A DNA stretch of 64,000 bases from Minisyncoccia bacterium (GTDB taxonomy: Bacteria > Patescibacteriota > Minisyncoccia > Phycocordibacterales > UBA918): positions 363,446 to 427,445 of the forward strand of contig JBKBPM010000001.1 of assembly GCA_046293175.1 (NCBI GenBank). The letters run 5' to 3'. The position numbers and the translations under genes are program-made. Below the pieces are notes generated by a model. The model saw nothing but the letters and a program-made list of their open reading frames with translations, had not been told where the DNA came from and searched no databases. Of the stretch, positions 1 to 9,900 are shown in pieces. How positions within the stretch are numbered: position 1 is the first letter of the stretch; each line of letters begins with the position of its first letter.

Positions 1-48
1 GCCTACCGCTTCAATCTCAAAAGAGACTGGTCTTTTGTTGTCAGCCAT
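1..48 (-). CDS. 5' end of a gene running off the window (MADNKRPVSFEIEAVG...); product not determinable
   Basis: ATG at 48, open to the window edge, with TATAGT -10-like hexamer 9 nt upstream (58-63). Confidence 0.5.
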   Translation of the reverse strand, partial: MADNKRPVSFEIEAVG

Positions 49-118
49 AATTGGTCTACTATAGCGGGAGAAGTGGTGACTGGCAAATCAAAACGCCACC
101 TTGTTGGTGGCGTTTTAC

Positions 119-664
119 TTACTTCACAGAGGGAGCAATTTCAAGAAGATCCACCGCAAACACCAGGTTTGCGCCACCAGGGATTGGTCCGTAGCCTTTG
201 TCACCATAACCAAGGTCTGCTGGGACAACGAGGATACGCTTGCCACCTTTTTTCATACCAACAATTCCCTCTTCCCAACCTTTGATTACCTTCCCTTCAC
301 CGACCGTAAAGGTAAATGGTGTGCCGCGCTTGTTTGAGTTATCAAACTCCTGACCATTCTGGAGAGTACCAATGTAGTGCACCGTTACGGTATCGCCTAC
401 CTTCACCTCATCGCCGGTACCAAAAATAACATCATCAATAATAAGCTTTGAGAGATTTCCGGTACTGTCAGCGGCACTCACGATTGCGTCACGGAGGTTA
501 TTCACTTGGTCACCTTCCTCTGACACAAAAACACGTCCAACCTCGGCTGTTTGTGTGCCACTAGAGACAGCGAGTGACCCATTTTCTTTGGTAACAAGAT
601 AGAGGGCCGCGGCCATAGCGGTGACACTCAGAGCAATTCCGGCAATTTCGACTTTAGAAAACAT
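119..664 (-). CDS. FKBP-type peptidyl-prolyl cis-trans isomerase with N-terminal membrane anchor
   Basis: Motifs GDTVTVHYIGTL, FDNS, FTVGEGKVIKGWEEG, LGYG, IPGGANLVFAVDLL; start moved to MFSKVEI (664). Confidence 0.95.
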   Translation of the reverse strand: MFSKVEIAGIALSVTAMAAALYLVTKENGSLAVSSGTQTAEVGRVFVSEEGDQVNNLRDAIVSAADSTGNLSKLIIDDVIFGTGDEVKVGDTVTVHYIGTLQNGQEFDNSNKRGTPFTFTVGEGKVIKGWEEGIVGMKKGGKRILVVPADLGYGDKGYGPIPGGANLVFAVDLLEIAPSVK

Positions 665-725
665 ACAACGACGAATTACGTATAAGTACCACAATGATAC
701 GGTCTATCACTAAAATTGCAACGTG

Positions 726-1784
726 TTAGCGAGGAATCACTATATTTTTGGCCACAATCTGATCAAATAGTGCTGGATCACTCCGGTCAGCAAGACCAAG
801 GAGGAAGCTGTCAGTGGCTTCTTTGTTCATAAGACAAGGTGTGGCTTTGGCACACTGAGACTGCGGATAGAGGGTAAACTGGAGCGTTTTTGGTGTGACC
901 TCAAGCCCAATGACCAACCCAGTTTTGACGTCAGTACTGAAATACTGATCAAACACAAAATTGCCAAGGGAATAAAATACGGGCATATTCTGTATGAGTC
1001 CAACATCTTGAACGACGTGGGGATGATGCCCAATGACGGCATCAACGCCTTCCCCTGCAAACCACGTCGCCAGATCTTCTTGACTACGGTTGTGTATGAG
1101 TTCGTATTCATCTCCCCAATGTATATATACAAATTGAAGGTCTGACTTACCTTTGGCTTCAGTCAGAAGACTCTTCATAGTGGTGCGGTCAGGTGGAACA
1201 AATAATGTGTGTACGTCAAGGACTGCAATAGTGGTACTTCCAACAGGAACATACGTCAGACTGGAAGAACTGACCGTAACGGCATCACCAAAAGGTTCGA
1301 TACCCAGCGCGCGCAGGGATGCGCTCGCATAAGCATAACCTTCGTGTCCGTAATCACGAGAATGATTGTTCGCAAGCGAGGCGTGTGAGACATGGAGTCG
1401 CTCCAAGAGAGTGAGGCTTGATGCTTTGGTTGAAAAGCGCATAGCTCCACTTGGTGTCGGAACATGGGGATTACTCATTGCGCTCTCAAAGTTTGTAAAA
1501 ACAGCCTGAGCAGAAGCAAACAGCGAAATAAAATCGTATGGCTTAATGAGATCTTGCTCCAAAAGAATTTCCACGTGGCGAGCAAGCATGGTATCACCAG
1601 TAAAAAACAAATTAGCTGGCTTTTTTGTAACGACTGAAATTGTAGTGGCAGCTTCTGGTCGCTCCTTTTGTATTGGTGTATGAGTTTGAACTACAGTAAC
1701 TGATGCAGTAAAAAGTATAAGGCTAGCGGCAATAGCAAGACCAGCGATGCTAGCGAGGACGAGATGCTTGTGAGGAGTCACCAT
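726..1784 (-). CDS. CapA-family (PGA_cap) metallophosphoesterase-like protein, membrane anchored
   Basis: Motifs FTGD, NFE, LANNHSRDYG, IHWGDE, GHHPHVVQ, YSLGNFVFDQ; N-terminal TM; start uncertain (1784 or 1793). Confidence 0.9.
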   Translation of the reverse strand: MVTPHKHLVLASIAGLAIAASLILFTASVTVVQTHTPIQKERPEAATTISVVTKKPANLFFTGDTMLARHVEILLEQDLIKPYDFISLFASAQAVFTNFESAMSNPHVPTPSGAMRFSTKASSLTLLERLHVSHASLANNHSRDYGHEGYAYASASLRALGIEPFGDAVTVSSSSLTYVPVGSTTIAVLDVHTLFVPPDRTTMKSLLTEAKGKSDLQFVYIHWGDEYELIHNRSQEDLATWFAGEGVDAVIGHHPHVVQDVGLIQNMPVFYSLGNFVFDQYFSTDVKTGLVIGLEVTPKTLQFTLYPQSQCAKATPCLMNKEATDSFLLGLADRSDPALFDQIVAKNIVIPR

Positions 1785-2181
1785 GGAAAACACCAGCTTT
1801 TTCTACATACATGAGATAGGTGAGCCCCAAGAGCACAATACTCAAAGCCAGAGTAAGTGCGACCATTGTTTGCGCACGCTCAATTTTACGACGTTTTACT
1901 TCAATCTTTTCAATATCATCATCACTGAGAGACACTTTGACACCAAGCAGTGAACTAATATCAGAAGGAGTAAGTCGTTCATCGGAGTGAAAGACACGAT
2001 GGAGCGTATCGACGTGTGTAGCCTTGCTATCACGGTTCTCTTTGAGAACCATGAGTGCGGTATCAACATCGTTATTATCCCAGCGGGCACTAATAAGAAT
2101 TGAACGAATTTCTTCATCGGGAGCAGTTGGTGGAATACCATTTGCTTTAAGAATTGATTCAACTTGTGTTTTTTCGATCAT
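1750..2181 (-). CDS. Hypothetical membrane protein with a C-terminal TM helix
   Basis: 143-aa ORF tightly packed with neighbours; hydrophobic segment VALTLALSIVLLGLTYLMYV. Confidence 0.75.
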   Translation of the reverse strand: MIEKTQVESILKANGIPPTAPDEEIRSILISARWDNNDVDTALMVLKENRDSKATHVDTLHRVFHSDERLTPSDISSLLGVKVSLSDDDIEKIEVKRRKIERAQTMVALTLALSIVLLGLTYLMYVEKAGVFHGDSSQASRPR

Positions 2182-2182
2182 A

Positions 2183-3235
2183 TTATTGCCGTTTGCGTTT
2201 TAAAGGGATGCTATCATCAGAGATATACTGAGCATAAAGCTCAAGTAACACCAAAAAGAGACTAATCATCACCGGCCCAATAATAAAACCTATTGGTCCA
2301 AATAGCGAGATACCCCCGAGGACAGCAAGTAGTACGACAAATGGATGAAGGTTATTACCTCGACTCATGAGATACGGACTAATGAAGTTATCTACTACCA
2401 CAATAGAGATACCGCCCCAGATAGCAAGACCAATGGCAGCTCCAAAATTACCTAAGTAAGCAAGATATATAACACCAGGCACCATAATGGCAACCGTACC
2501 AAGTCCTGGCAGCAAAGCTCCGAGAGCTCCTATCGTACCCCACATAATTGGACGAGGAATGCCAAAAATAGCAAAACCAACTCCGGCAATGAGGCCTTGC
2601 AAGATAGCGACAAGCACTGTTCCGGTAGCCACCGATCGTATCGAGCGAGCAATTCGTTCCATGATGATTTTATCCTCAGTATCCTTTAGTGGACTCACTG
2701 ATACGAGCCACCCAACCAACCGCTCCCCGTCTTTGAAAAGATAAAACGAGCCGAGCATAGCAATCAAGAAGGTTACCACTATCGATACCGTACCAGCAAA
2801 AATGCTACCCAGGTTCCCGGCAAACCACGAAGCACTCTGCTTGAGTTGAGCAGAAAGATTAAAATCAAAACCAGGTATATAGTGTTGCAGTGACGTTTCA
2901 ATCCCCGTGAGCATGGTATCCACTGGAAGTTGACCAGACACTTCAACTGAACGATAAAAGGATACAAACTCATTTACGAGTAGCGTTGACACGAAAAATA
3001 CTGGAATGACGACCGCAAAAAACACAATCAGAGTAGCCAAAAGTGCAGCTAAAGAGCGATGTTGTCTTGTGATAAATCGCAAAATGAAGCGATACATCGG
3101 ATAACAAATAATAACCGTGATAGCGGACAGCGCTAATGCCGTCAAAAATGGCATAAGCATGAACACAGCGACCACACCCACTAACGCCAGTGAGCTAAAG
3201 AAAAAGGTGTACTCGATGATTCGATTTTTCACCAT
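2183..3235 (-). CDS. AI-2E family (PerM/YdiK-like) transporter
   Basis: 350-aa polytopic protein; VDNFISPYL, LHPFVVLLAVLGGISLFGPIGFIIGP. Confidence 0.93.
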   Translation of the reverse strand: MVKNRIIEYTFFFSSLALVGVVAVFMLMPFLTALALSAITVIICYPMYRFILRFITRQHRSLAALLATLIVFFAVVIPVFFVSTLLVNEFVSFYRSVEVSGQLPVDTMLTGIETSLQHYIPGFDFNLSAQLKQSASWFAGNLGSIFAGTVSIVVTFLIAMLGSFYLFKDGERLVGWLVSVSPLKDTEDKIIMERIARSIRSVATGTVLVAILQGLIAGVGFAIFGIPRPIMWGTIGALGALLPGLGTVAIMVPGVIYLAYLGNFGAAIGLAIWGGISIVVVDNFISPYLMSRGNNLHPFVVLLAVLGGISLFGPIGFIIGPVMISLFLVLLELYAQYISDDSIPLKRKRQ

Positions 3236-3243
3236 ATGTACTA

Positions 3244-3252
3244 ACTATAGCA
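3244..3252 (-). promoter_or_regulatory. Extended -10 promoter element (TGcTATAGT)
   Basis: 8 nt upstream of the ATG at 3235. Confidence 0.55.
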
Positions 3253-3305
3253 AACCTAGTTGTGTGATAGGTGCATAATATTTCATAAAAGTGGATAGGT
3301 CGTTT

Positions 3306-3860
3306 TTATTCAGTTGCGAGAAGTTCGTTTGCAAGCGCTCGTATGGCATCAGCTGTTAGGGGCTGACGCTCGTGGCGCCATAATGTTCCGTCTTTGGTAT
3401 ATAGGACTGTTTCAGGCATGGCGTATCCGGTCACCTCTTTGTAAAACTCGTCGGTTGAGTCAACAACGATGGTGAGATTCGGCAATGGTGGTAAGGTCGC
3501 TAAGTAGGCTTGAGCTTGCGGCAATTGCTCTTTGCGATTGAGTGCAATAAAGGTTATGGGTTTGTCTTTAAATTCACCAGCCACATCATTAAGGGCAATA
3601 AGTTCATCACGAGATAATGGACTCCAGCTTGCCCAGGTGTTTACATACAAGACTTTGTTGCCGATGTCAGCACCAATTTCAACATTACCACCGTTAATAT
3701 CGGTAAAGCGGTTTTTGGTGTCGGTATCAATAAGGGCACGACCAGCGTCGCTACGCTTTTCATTGTGGTCAACCACTGTGCGATAGGTAAACCACACTGC
3801 TACCAAAAGAATACCAATCAGTAAAAGAACGACAATAATAGTTGACCGCTTCGCTTGCAT
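3306..3860 (-). CDS. Membrane-anchored TlpA/ResA-like thioredoxin-fold protein with SxxS instead of CxxC
   Basis: VNTWASWSPLSRDE at the WAxWCxxCxxE position; cis-Pro motif AMPET; N-terminal TM; start moved to MQAKRS. Confidence 0.85.
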   Translation of the reverse strand: MQAKRSTIIVVLLLIGILLVAVWFTYRTVVDHNEKRSDAGRALIDTDTKNRFTDINGGNVEIGADIGNKVLYVNTWASWSPLSRDELIALNDVAGEFKDKPITFIALNRKEQLPQAQAYLATLPPLPNLTIVVDSTDEFYKEVTGYAMPETVLYTKDGTLWRHERQPLTADAIRALANELLATE

Positions 3861-3861
3861 A

Positions 3862-4335
3862 CTACCCCTTAATGAACAACTCAAAAGACTCTGGTGTCTC
3901 ATTAGCAGCCGCTTCTACTAAATTGAGCTCTACGGCTTTACCCATAAAGCGAGCACTTAGCGTTGCTTCTATGGAGGCGGTAGCAGTCACCAAAAAACGC
4001 TGCATGGTCACCACCTGCGCACAGGCTTCAGCGGTATTAACCACATCAAAGTCAAAGGTGACTTGTTCTGGGTACGATTCTGCCACCATCGAGCGATATG
4101 TCAGTAGATCACAAGGGGTTGGCATAGGAAGTTCACCGACAATTGTGTGAATTCCATCTCGATAAAAATGCTTGGCATCAATACGAGTAATACCATACGC
4201 GTCACTTTGTGGTTCTAAGGTTGCCGCTGGTGACTCAACAGTCGCGGATTTTTTAACCAAGTAGGTATAGGTAAACATACCAAAAACAATCACCAGAAGC
4301 AGTGATGAGATGAGCACAATATCACGATGTCGCAT
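3862..4335 (-). CDS. Membrane-anchored exported protein with PTPC...CAQVVT cysteine pair
   Basis: N-terminal TM; small beta-rich domain; TATAAT about 30 nt upstream. Confidence 0.75.
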   Translation of the reverse strand: MRHRDIVLISSLLLVIVFGMFTYTYLVKKSATVESPAATLEPQSDAYGITRIDAKHFYRDGIHTIVGELPMPTPCDLLTYRSMVAESYPEQVTFDFDVVNTAEACAQVVTMQRFLVTATASIEATLSARFMGKAVELNLVEAAANETPESFELFIKG

Positions 4336-4374
4336 AGTAGATAGTTAGCGAATAACAACACCTACATTATACAC

Positions 4375-6006
4375 CTATTTTAACAGACTGTCTTTACCAG
4401 CGTAGATTATTATTGCCTTTTCACTGGTGTCACTTTGGGCAGAAAGTAAACCAACCTTCAAAATAGTGCGTAGCGCCAACGCTTGTTCCTCAAGGCCAGG
4501 AGGATACACCACAATGGTTTTTTGTTCACTACGAGCTTCGTCGACTGTCAGTGAGCTGACTTCAAAACCAGCTTCTTCTAAAGCAAATTTGGTAGCTGCG
4601 CCTGCTCCCGCTTGACCACTTATATTAATCACTTTGATTTGGTTTGGTTGATTAGTTTGTGGTTCTGGTTTAATTTTACTTTCACGAAGTTTTTGGTAGG
4701 CCAAATCTTCAGAAGACATCACAACATCTTCACCAACATTTTCAACTGACACTTCAAAATGAGCAGCGTCCTTCATGATACCAAGAACAGCAAGATACAT
4801 ACCAACTAGTACAGCACCAACCACAATAATACCAAGAAGAATAAACCGGTAATGGAAAAAGAAATTAAAAAGTGCACTAAACTTTTCTCGTATGCCACTA
4901 CCACCACGCCATGAATCAACGATTTCCTGGGCAGTAGCACGCACAGGCGCTGAGACACCAGTATACCGCTTGACTACCATGGTTTGTTTGGACACGCCAC
5001 CACGTTCATGAAGTGGCACGTATGGAGCTTCGTGAACATTAACACCTGAAAGAGCTAGCATCCGATCAATGTAACGACGGATGAGCCATAAAGTGATTTT
5101 GACTCCAATGAAGAGTATAAGGAGTGTGATAAGTATGGTGGTATAGGGAATCACCCAAAAATAGGTTGTGCTCGTGACATACTTTTTACCATCTTCACCA
5201 TAGCCAAGTGTAGCTACTGCCTTGTAACGTCCAATATCATACGCATCAGTGTCCCCTTTCCAAGTAAATGAAAATTTACGAATGCTATTTGGCAACACGT
5301 TACCAAAATGAGTCTGGTGATTAATCGGAATAAAACCACGTTCCTTTCCCCACATATTAAATATTTTGATGTCACCTTGGGGCTGTACGTGGACATTACC
5401 CGTATTCTCAAAACGCATGTAAAGTGTAGCTTCAGGTTTTTGAACTATTCCTTGTTCAGTAGAAAATTCTCGAATATCGCCTGACTCAAACACTTCGCCA
5501 GCTACTCGTACAAAAAAGAGTGAGGTGACAAATTGTGCTGTTTGTACTTGAGACAAATCGCTACCGTCGCTTGGTGGTTTAGTCCCCACGAGAATAGCCG
5601 CATAGTGCCCACCTGGTGCGGCGTTTTCAGGGACTTGGACCTGCAAGGGTATTTCGGCGGTAGCTTGTGGATCAATTACAACTGGATCAGTCGGTACAGT
5701 AATCCACTCTGCCAATGTTTGTCCTTGGGTTTCAGACTCAAAGACTGGAATGAGATCACCTCGGCCGTCTTCTCCAAGGGGCGCAAAGTTTACTGCCTGT
5801 GGGTACACCGTAATTGGATAGTCATTCACATTAATGACCCGTAGCTGACTTGTCCATGTTTGACTGCGATTGGCCTGCATTTCAAATAGTGTCGGTGACA
5901 CTGACAAGGTCTGTGAATCAGCACCTTGCGCAAATACAGCCATCGGCGCCAACATAAATAAGTAAAGAAGAAGTACTCCCTTAATTTTGTTTGAGATTGA
6001 TATCAT
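4375..6006 (-). CDS. DUF916/DUF3324-like (WxL-interacting, two-Ig) protein with two TM segments and a C-terminal LytR_C-like domain
   Basis: Signal peptide; SVSPTLFE, LAEWIT, PENAAPGGHYAAILV, FENTGNVHVQPQG, IGRYKAVATLGYG; tail IKVINISGQAGAG...IVVYPPG is LytR_C-like; start moved to MISISNK. Confidence 0.8.
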   Translation of the reverse strand: MISISNKIKGVLLLYLFMLAPMAVFAQGADSQTLSVSPTLFEMQANRSQTWTSQLRVINVNDYPITVYPQAVNFAPLGEDGRGDLIPVFESETQGQTLAEWITVPTDPVVIDPQATAEIPLQVQVPENAAPGGHYAAILVGTKPPSDGSDLSQVQTAQFVTSLFFVRVAGEVFESGDIREFSTEQGIVQKPEATLYMRFENTGNVHVQPQGDIKIFNMWGKERGFIPINHQTHFGNVLPNSIRKFSFTWKGDTDAYDIGRYKAVATLGYGEDGKKYVTSTTYFWVIPYTTILITLLILFIGVKITLWLIRRYIDRMLALSGVNVHEAPYVPLHERGGVSKQTMVVKRYTGVSAPVRATAQEIVDSWRGGSGIREKFSALFNFFFHYRFILLGIIVVGAVLVGMYLAVLGIMKDAAHFEVSVENVGEDVVMSSEDLAYQKLRESKIKPEPQTNQPNQIKVINISGQAGAGAATKFALEEAGFEVSSLTVDEARSEQKTIVVYPPGLEEQALALRTILKVGLLSAQSDTSEKAIIIYAGKDSLLK

Positions 6007-6967
6007 GGTCTTTAAGGTCGCTATGGACGCCATTTCTGATATACATCGGTAAATTTTCGCTATCTTCATGATGAATTGGTTTGCGTCCGTGATAGATATA
6101 CAACAATGTTAAGAACAAACTACCAGCTAAGAGAATACCAAACAGAACGAGAATTGTTTGCAGTGGTACAACAGTAAAAAAGGTTGTGTCATATAAGTTG
6201 GCACGCTGAAGCTCTCCATATTCTACATCAAGAAAGGCTTTATGTCGGCCATACATGCTGCCTTTTGGCACCGAGCCAGTAAAGGCAACTGTCTCTCCAG
6301 CTTTGAGAGTTTTGTTTTCGGTATTAACCAGAATACTAGCTACCTCACGTCCTCTGACGTCATATACAATAATTTCACCTTGTGGTGTAGTGGGCAAATC
6401 ACCTACGTTTTCGAGTTCGTAGCGGACCGGGATAGTGTCGCCACTTGTTATATATCGATCAATTGAGAAGCTATGGAGGCGTAGGTACTCACTACGTACA
6501 TCGGCCATAGAAATACGCATCGTTACGCCTGGTGCACGACCTGCCATAACCGCATTTTCAGCTTCGTCACGTTTATCACCGGAACCAAAACCTATAAATG
6601 CATAGTAGTCACCTTGCACAGCATTGGGGTTAATAGTAAGAGTGACAGGAATTTTGACAGATTCACCTGGTTGTAGTTCGAGTCTAGCGCGCGATACGGC
6701 AATCCAGCTCGTCACATTACGAGTCTGGTCCGTCATCACGGGTGACTCAAAAGATTTTATTGAACCATCTTCACCAAGCGTAATTGGGTGGACTGAGGGG
6801 AATATCTTCACAGGTACCGTACCAGTGTTTGTGATCTTGATACTATCCTCGAGCATATCACGTGGCTTCACCTTGTGTTCAATCACTGGCGGCGTCACTG
6901 TGTACGATTGCGCATAGCTAAAAGTTGGATACGCAAGGAGAGTAAGTAAGAGAAAGAGGTAACGCAT
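5981..6967 (-). CDS. DUF916/DUF3324-like two-Ig protein with C-terminal TM anchor
   Basis: Signal peptide; TVTPPVIE, VTSWIAV, NAVQGDYYAFI, LENVGDLPTTPQG, YGRHKAFLDVEYG; paralog of 4375 and 58657. Confidence 0.8.
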   Translation of the reverse strand: MRYLFLLLTLLAYPTFSYAQSYTVTPPVIEHKVKPRDMLEDSIKITNTGTVPVKIFPSVHPITLGEDGSIKSFESPVMTDQTRNVTSWIAVSRARLELQPGESVKIPVTLTINPNAVQGDYYAFIGFGSGDKRDEAENAVMAGRAPGVTMRISMADVRSEYLRLHSFSIDRYITSGDTIPVRYELENVGDLPTTPQGEIIVYDVRGREVASILVNTENKTLKAGETVAFTGSVPKGSMYGRHKAFLDVEYGELQRANLYDTTFFTVVPLQTILVLFGILLAGSLFLTLLYIYHGRKPIHHEDSENLPMYIRNGVHSDLKDHDINLKQN

Positions 6968-6979
6968 ACGTAAATTAGA

Positions 6980-9900
6980 CTAGTAGACAGGTACTGCTAT
7001 ATACACCACTTCGGTTGTATAGATAGCCGCCGGCTGGAGGCCAGTCACCCGTACTCTGTATACAATATCATGAGTATCGTTGGCTGGAATAGGGCTATAC
7101 ATAACTTCAGCCACAGCTGTGTGTAAACCAGCGTAACTATCAAGAGGTGCAAAACGGGTTGAACCACCAGACAGTGTTGCGTCAGTAGTGTGGTAACCAG
7201 TACAACCAGTTGCAGAGGCAAGACAACCCACCGCCCAAGCCACCGGACTAGCATTAGTACCAGAAATTGGAGGTATTGGAGTGCCATAGTCGTTTATGAG
7301 TTGCTGGCGAGCAAACGAGAGGACACGATACCCATCAGTGGCATTGGTGGTGACCGCTAGTCGGTGTGCCGCTAAGGCATCGGTGTTAATTGGAATAGAA
7401 CCAAAGCTGACCGTAGACGGTGTTGTTGTTACCGTAGTCATGACACCAGCTGTGGTTGTACCACTAGGAAGACCACTGATACTCAATGTGAGTTTTGGTG
7501 TCTCTGTCACTAGACTTGGCAGTGTCTCACCATTTGCAGCTGCTACTGGCATATCCTCAAACACCTCATAGAGTCTAAAGTAGTACACGGCTCCAGCGCG
7601 CGCGGCTGCATGTCGTAGATAAAAGGCAAACTCGGTATCAGCTCCTGCTAGATGAGTATACCCCGTAGTATACGTGGGCGATTCATTATGAGTACCACAA
7701 CCAGATCCTACGCCTGAGGCGCAACTATTGGCATCTGATAGGACTTTAGTGGTGATTGTTGCATTGTCTGTACCGCCACCATCTACATAACACCAGGTTG
7801 AGGTGGCGGTACAACTTGAAGTTGCAACCACATCATGGGGTGACGTAAACGCCGGTGATTCATCATATTGCAGTTTAAACTTTATATCCTGACCAACTAC
7901 AGATTTACGTTGTCCAACTATGACACGAAGCGCAAATTCATTTCCATTTTGTACTTCGACTGGTGCATTTATTTCACTAGCCAGTGGTGTGACTGGAGTC
8001 TCGTTTTCAGCATCTTCATAAAAGCGCCAACGTTTAGTTTGTGGGGAGTAGCCAGCTGTTCGAATCTGTGGGTAGTTAAAGTAACCGTCTAATGGAGTAC
8101 CGTCGCTGCGCACCATGCGGAAGCAATAGGTACTCCGTGAAATGGCTCCATTATGCTCAATAAACCAATCGTACTCAACATCTTCGCCGGGATCAACCAA
8201 ATAAGGATTAGCTGGCGCGGGATTCTCTTCCACCAAACTTCCCGCTCGATCAGCTACCGAAATAAGGAGATCGCCTCCAGTTGGTGGGTTCGTGCTCAAC
8301 ATTGTACCATTGGTGGTACCCGTGGCTGCATAACCACGCCAAATGCCACTGCCGTTTGCGGCATCAAGGTCATTCCAGGTGCCAACGGTCGAACACGAGG
8401 TAGCTCGCAAACCATACTGCAGCTTAAAATCATACAAACCGGCCGGCAGGTTGGCATTGGCCACTCGCATCGTCATCCGGAGTCGAACCACATCTCCATC
8501 ACCAAGTGGCTCGTCTGCAATTGAGATGGGATTATTTTCGCCGAGATCAGATACACCAGGAGGCCATGGATCAGTTGGAGTTAGATTGTTATTGTTAGCG
8601 TAGAACCTAAAGTAATTTTGTCGAATCGCCAAACCGGATATTGGCCACTCAACAATTTCAGTACGATAGGTCATTTCACCTGACGCTTCACTGCGCCACA
8701 GTTCGTAGGTGGATGTCCCGGTAATTCGAGCACCGGCAAACACCAGCGGGAACGTGGTATTGGCACCAACCACACGTGTGTTGGCAAAAATGGAGGCATT
8801 GTTGGTCGCATCAATTGGTGAGAAAATTGAAATTGATAATGTAACCGGTTCTGTACCAGCGTTGGTTGTACCATTGGTGCGCTGCACATCCATTGCGCCG
8901 GCACTGGTTTGGAGGTTTTCAATAATCCATGCCACTGATGTGTGACCGCTCGGAGTGGTTGCCGCCGCCTCAAGTCGAAACGAAACTGCTCCAATACTTG
9001 ATAACCAAACTTCGTGACCAAAGTTGTTAACGTTACCTAAGGCATTCATCCGTTTTTGAGTATGGATAAAGGCGCGAGCGAGACTGTTTACCGGTGTAGG
9101 AATTGATTCAGTTTCAACCACACCAGCCGCTGTGTAGGTATGTTCAATTCGTTGTACTTGCCAGTTTATGCCAGTAAACTCAACCACTGCGTAACTCACA
9201 TTAATAATTGCTCCACCAGCATTACGGTTAAATACCGGAGCAGTACTGGTCGGACTCCATTGCGAAGTGGTCTGTCCCGCATAATAAAAGTTTCGTGCAG
9301 TATCACGGTTTTCTACGCCGGTAATAAAAACGACCACGTCGGCATTATCGGTGATAGTCCCAAGACTGGTTCCAGTCGCAACGAGTGCAGCACTCGCTAA
9401 GTTCACACTTCCTACCCCACGCACTTTCATTTCATTGTCGGTACCAGCATCACCTATAAATTCGATAATCTCCCAGCTCACCCGCGTGTTACCAGTTGCC
9501 GCTGGTGGGCGGGAAATAGTAAAGCTGGTTGGTAAATTCGCTGACGATATATAGGCAGTTACATCATCTGCATTTTGAGCACCACCACCGGCAGTGGTTC
9601 GTCCAGGGCCAGTATTGTGAGTGTCGGTGATACGAACAAAGGCTGTTGTTGTACTTAAAGGTGCTGTGTAATCAACACCAGCAGTAAAGGTTTGTGAAGT
9701 ACCGATAATTGTTGCTGTTCCGCGCTGGACTTTGAAGTCACGTTTTGGTGCGGTGGTTAATTCAGCGTAGTTGGTGTACGTGAGAGGTTCACCATTATTG
9801 GTTAAGCGGAAACAATATGTCGTATTAAAACCAGTAATATTCGTTGAGGTAATACTAAATTCGTATTCAGTAAATTCGGTGGTACTCATCGCAAGCGCCG

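Noticed and set aside
1-48. Assigning the truncated first gene as tgt
   Set aside because: Only 16 residues are visible; the resemblance is too weak to name
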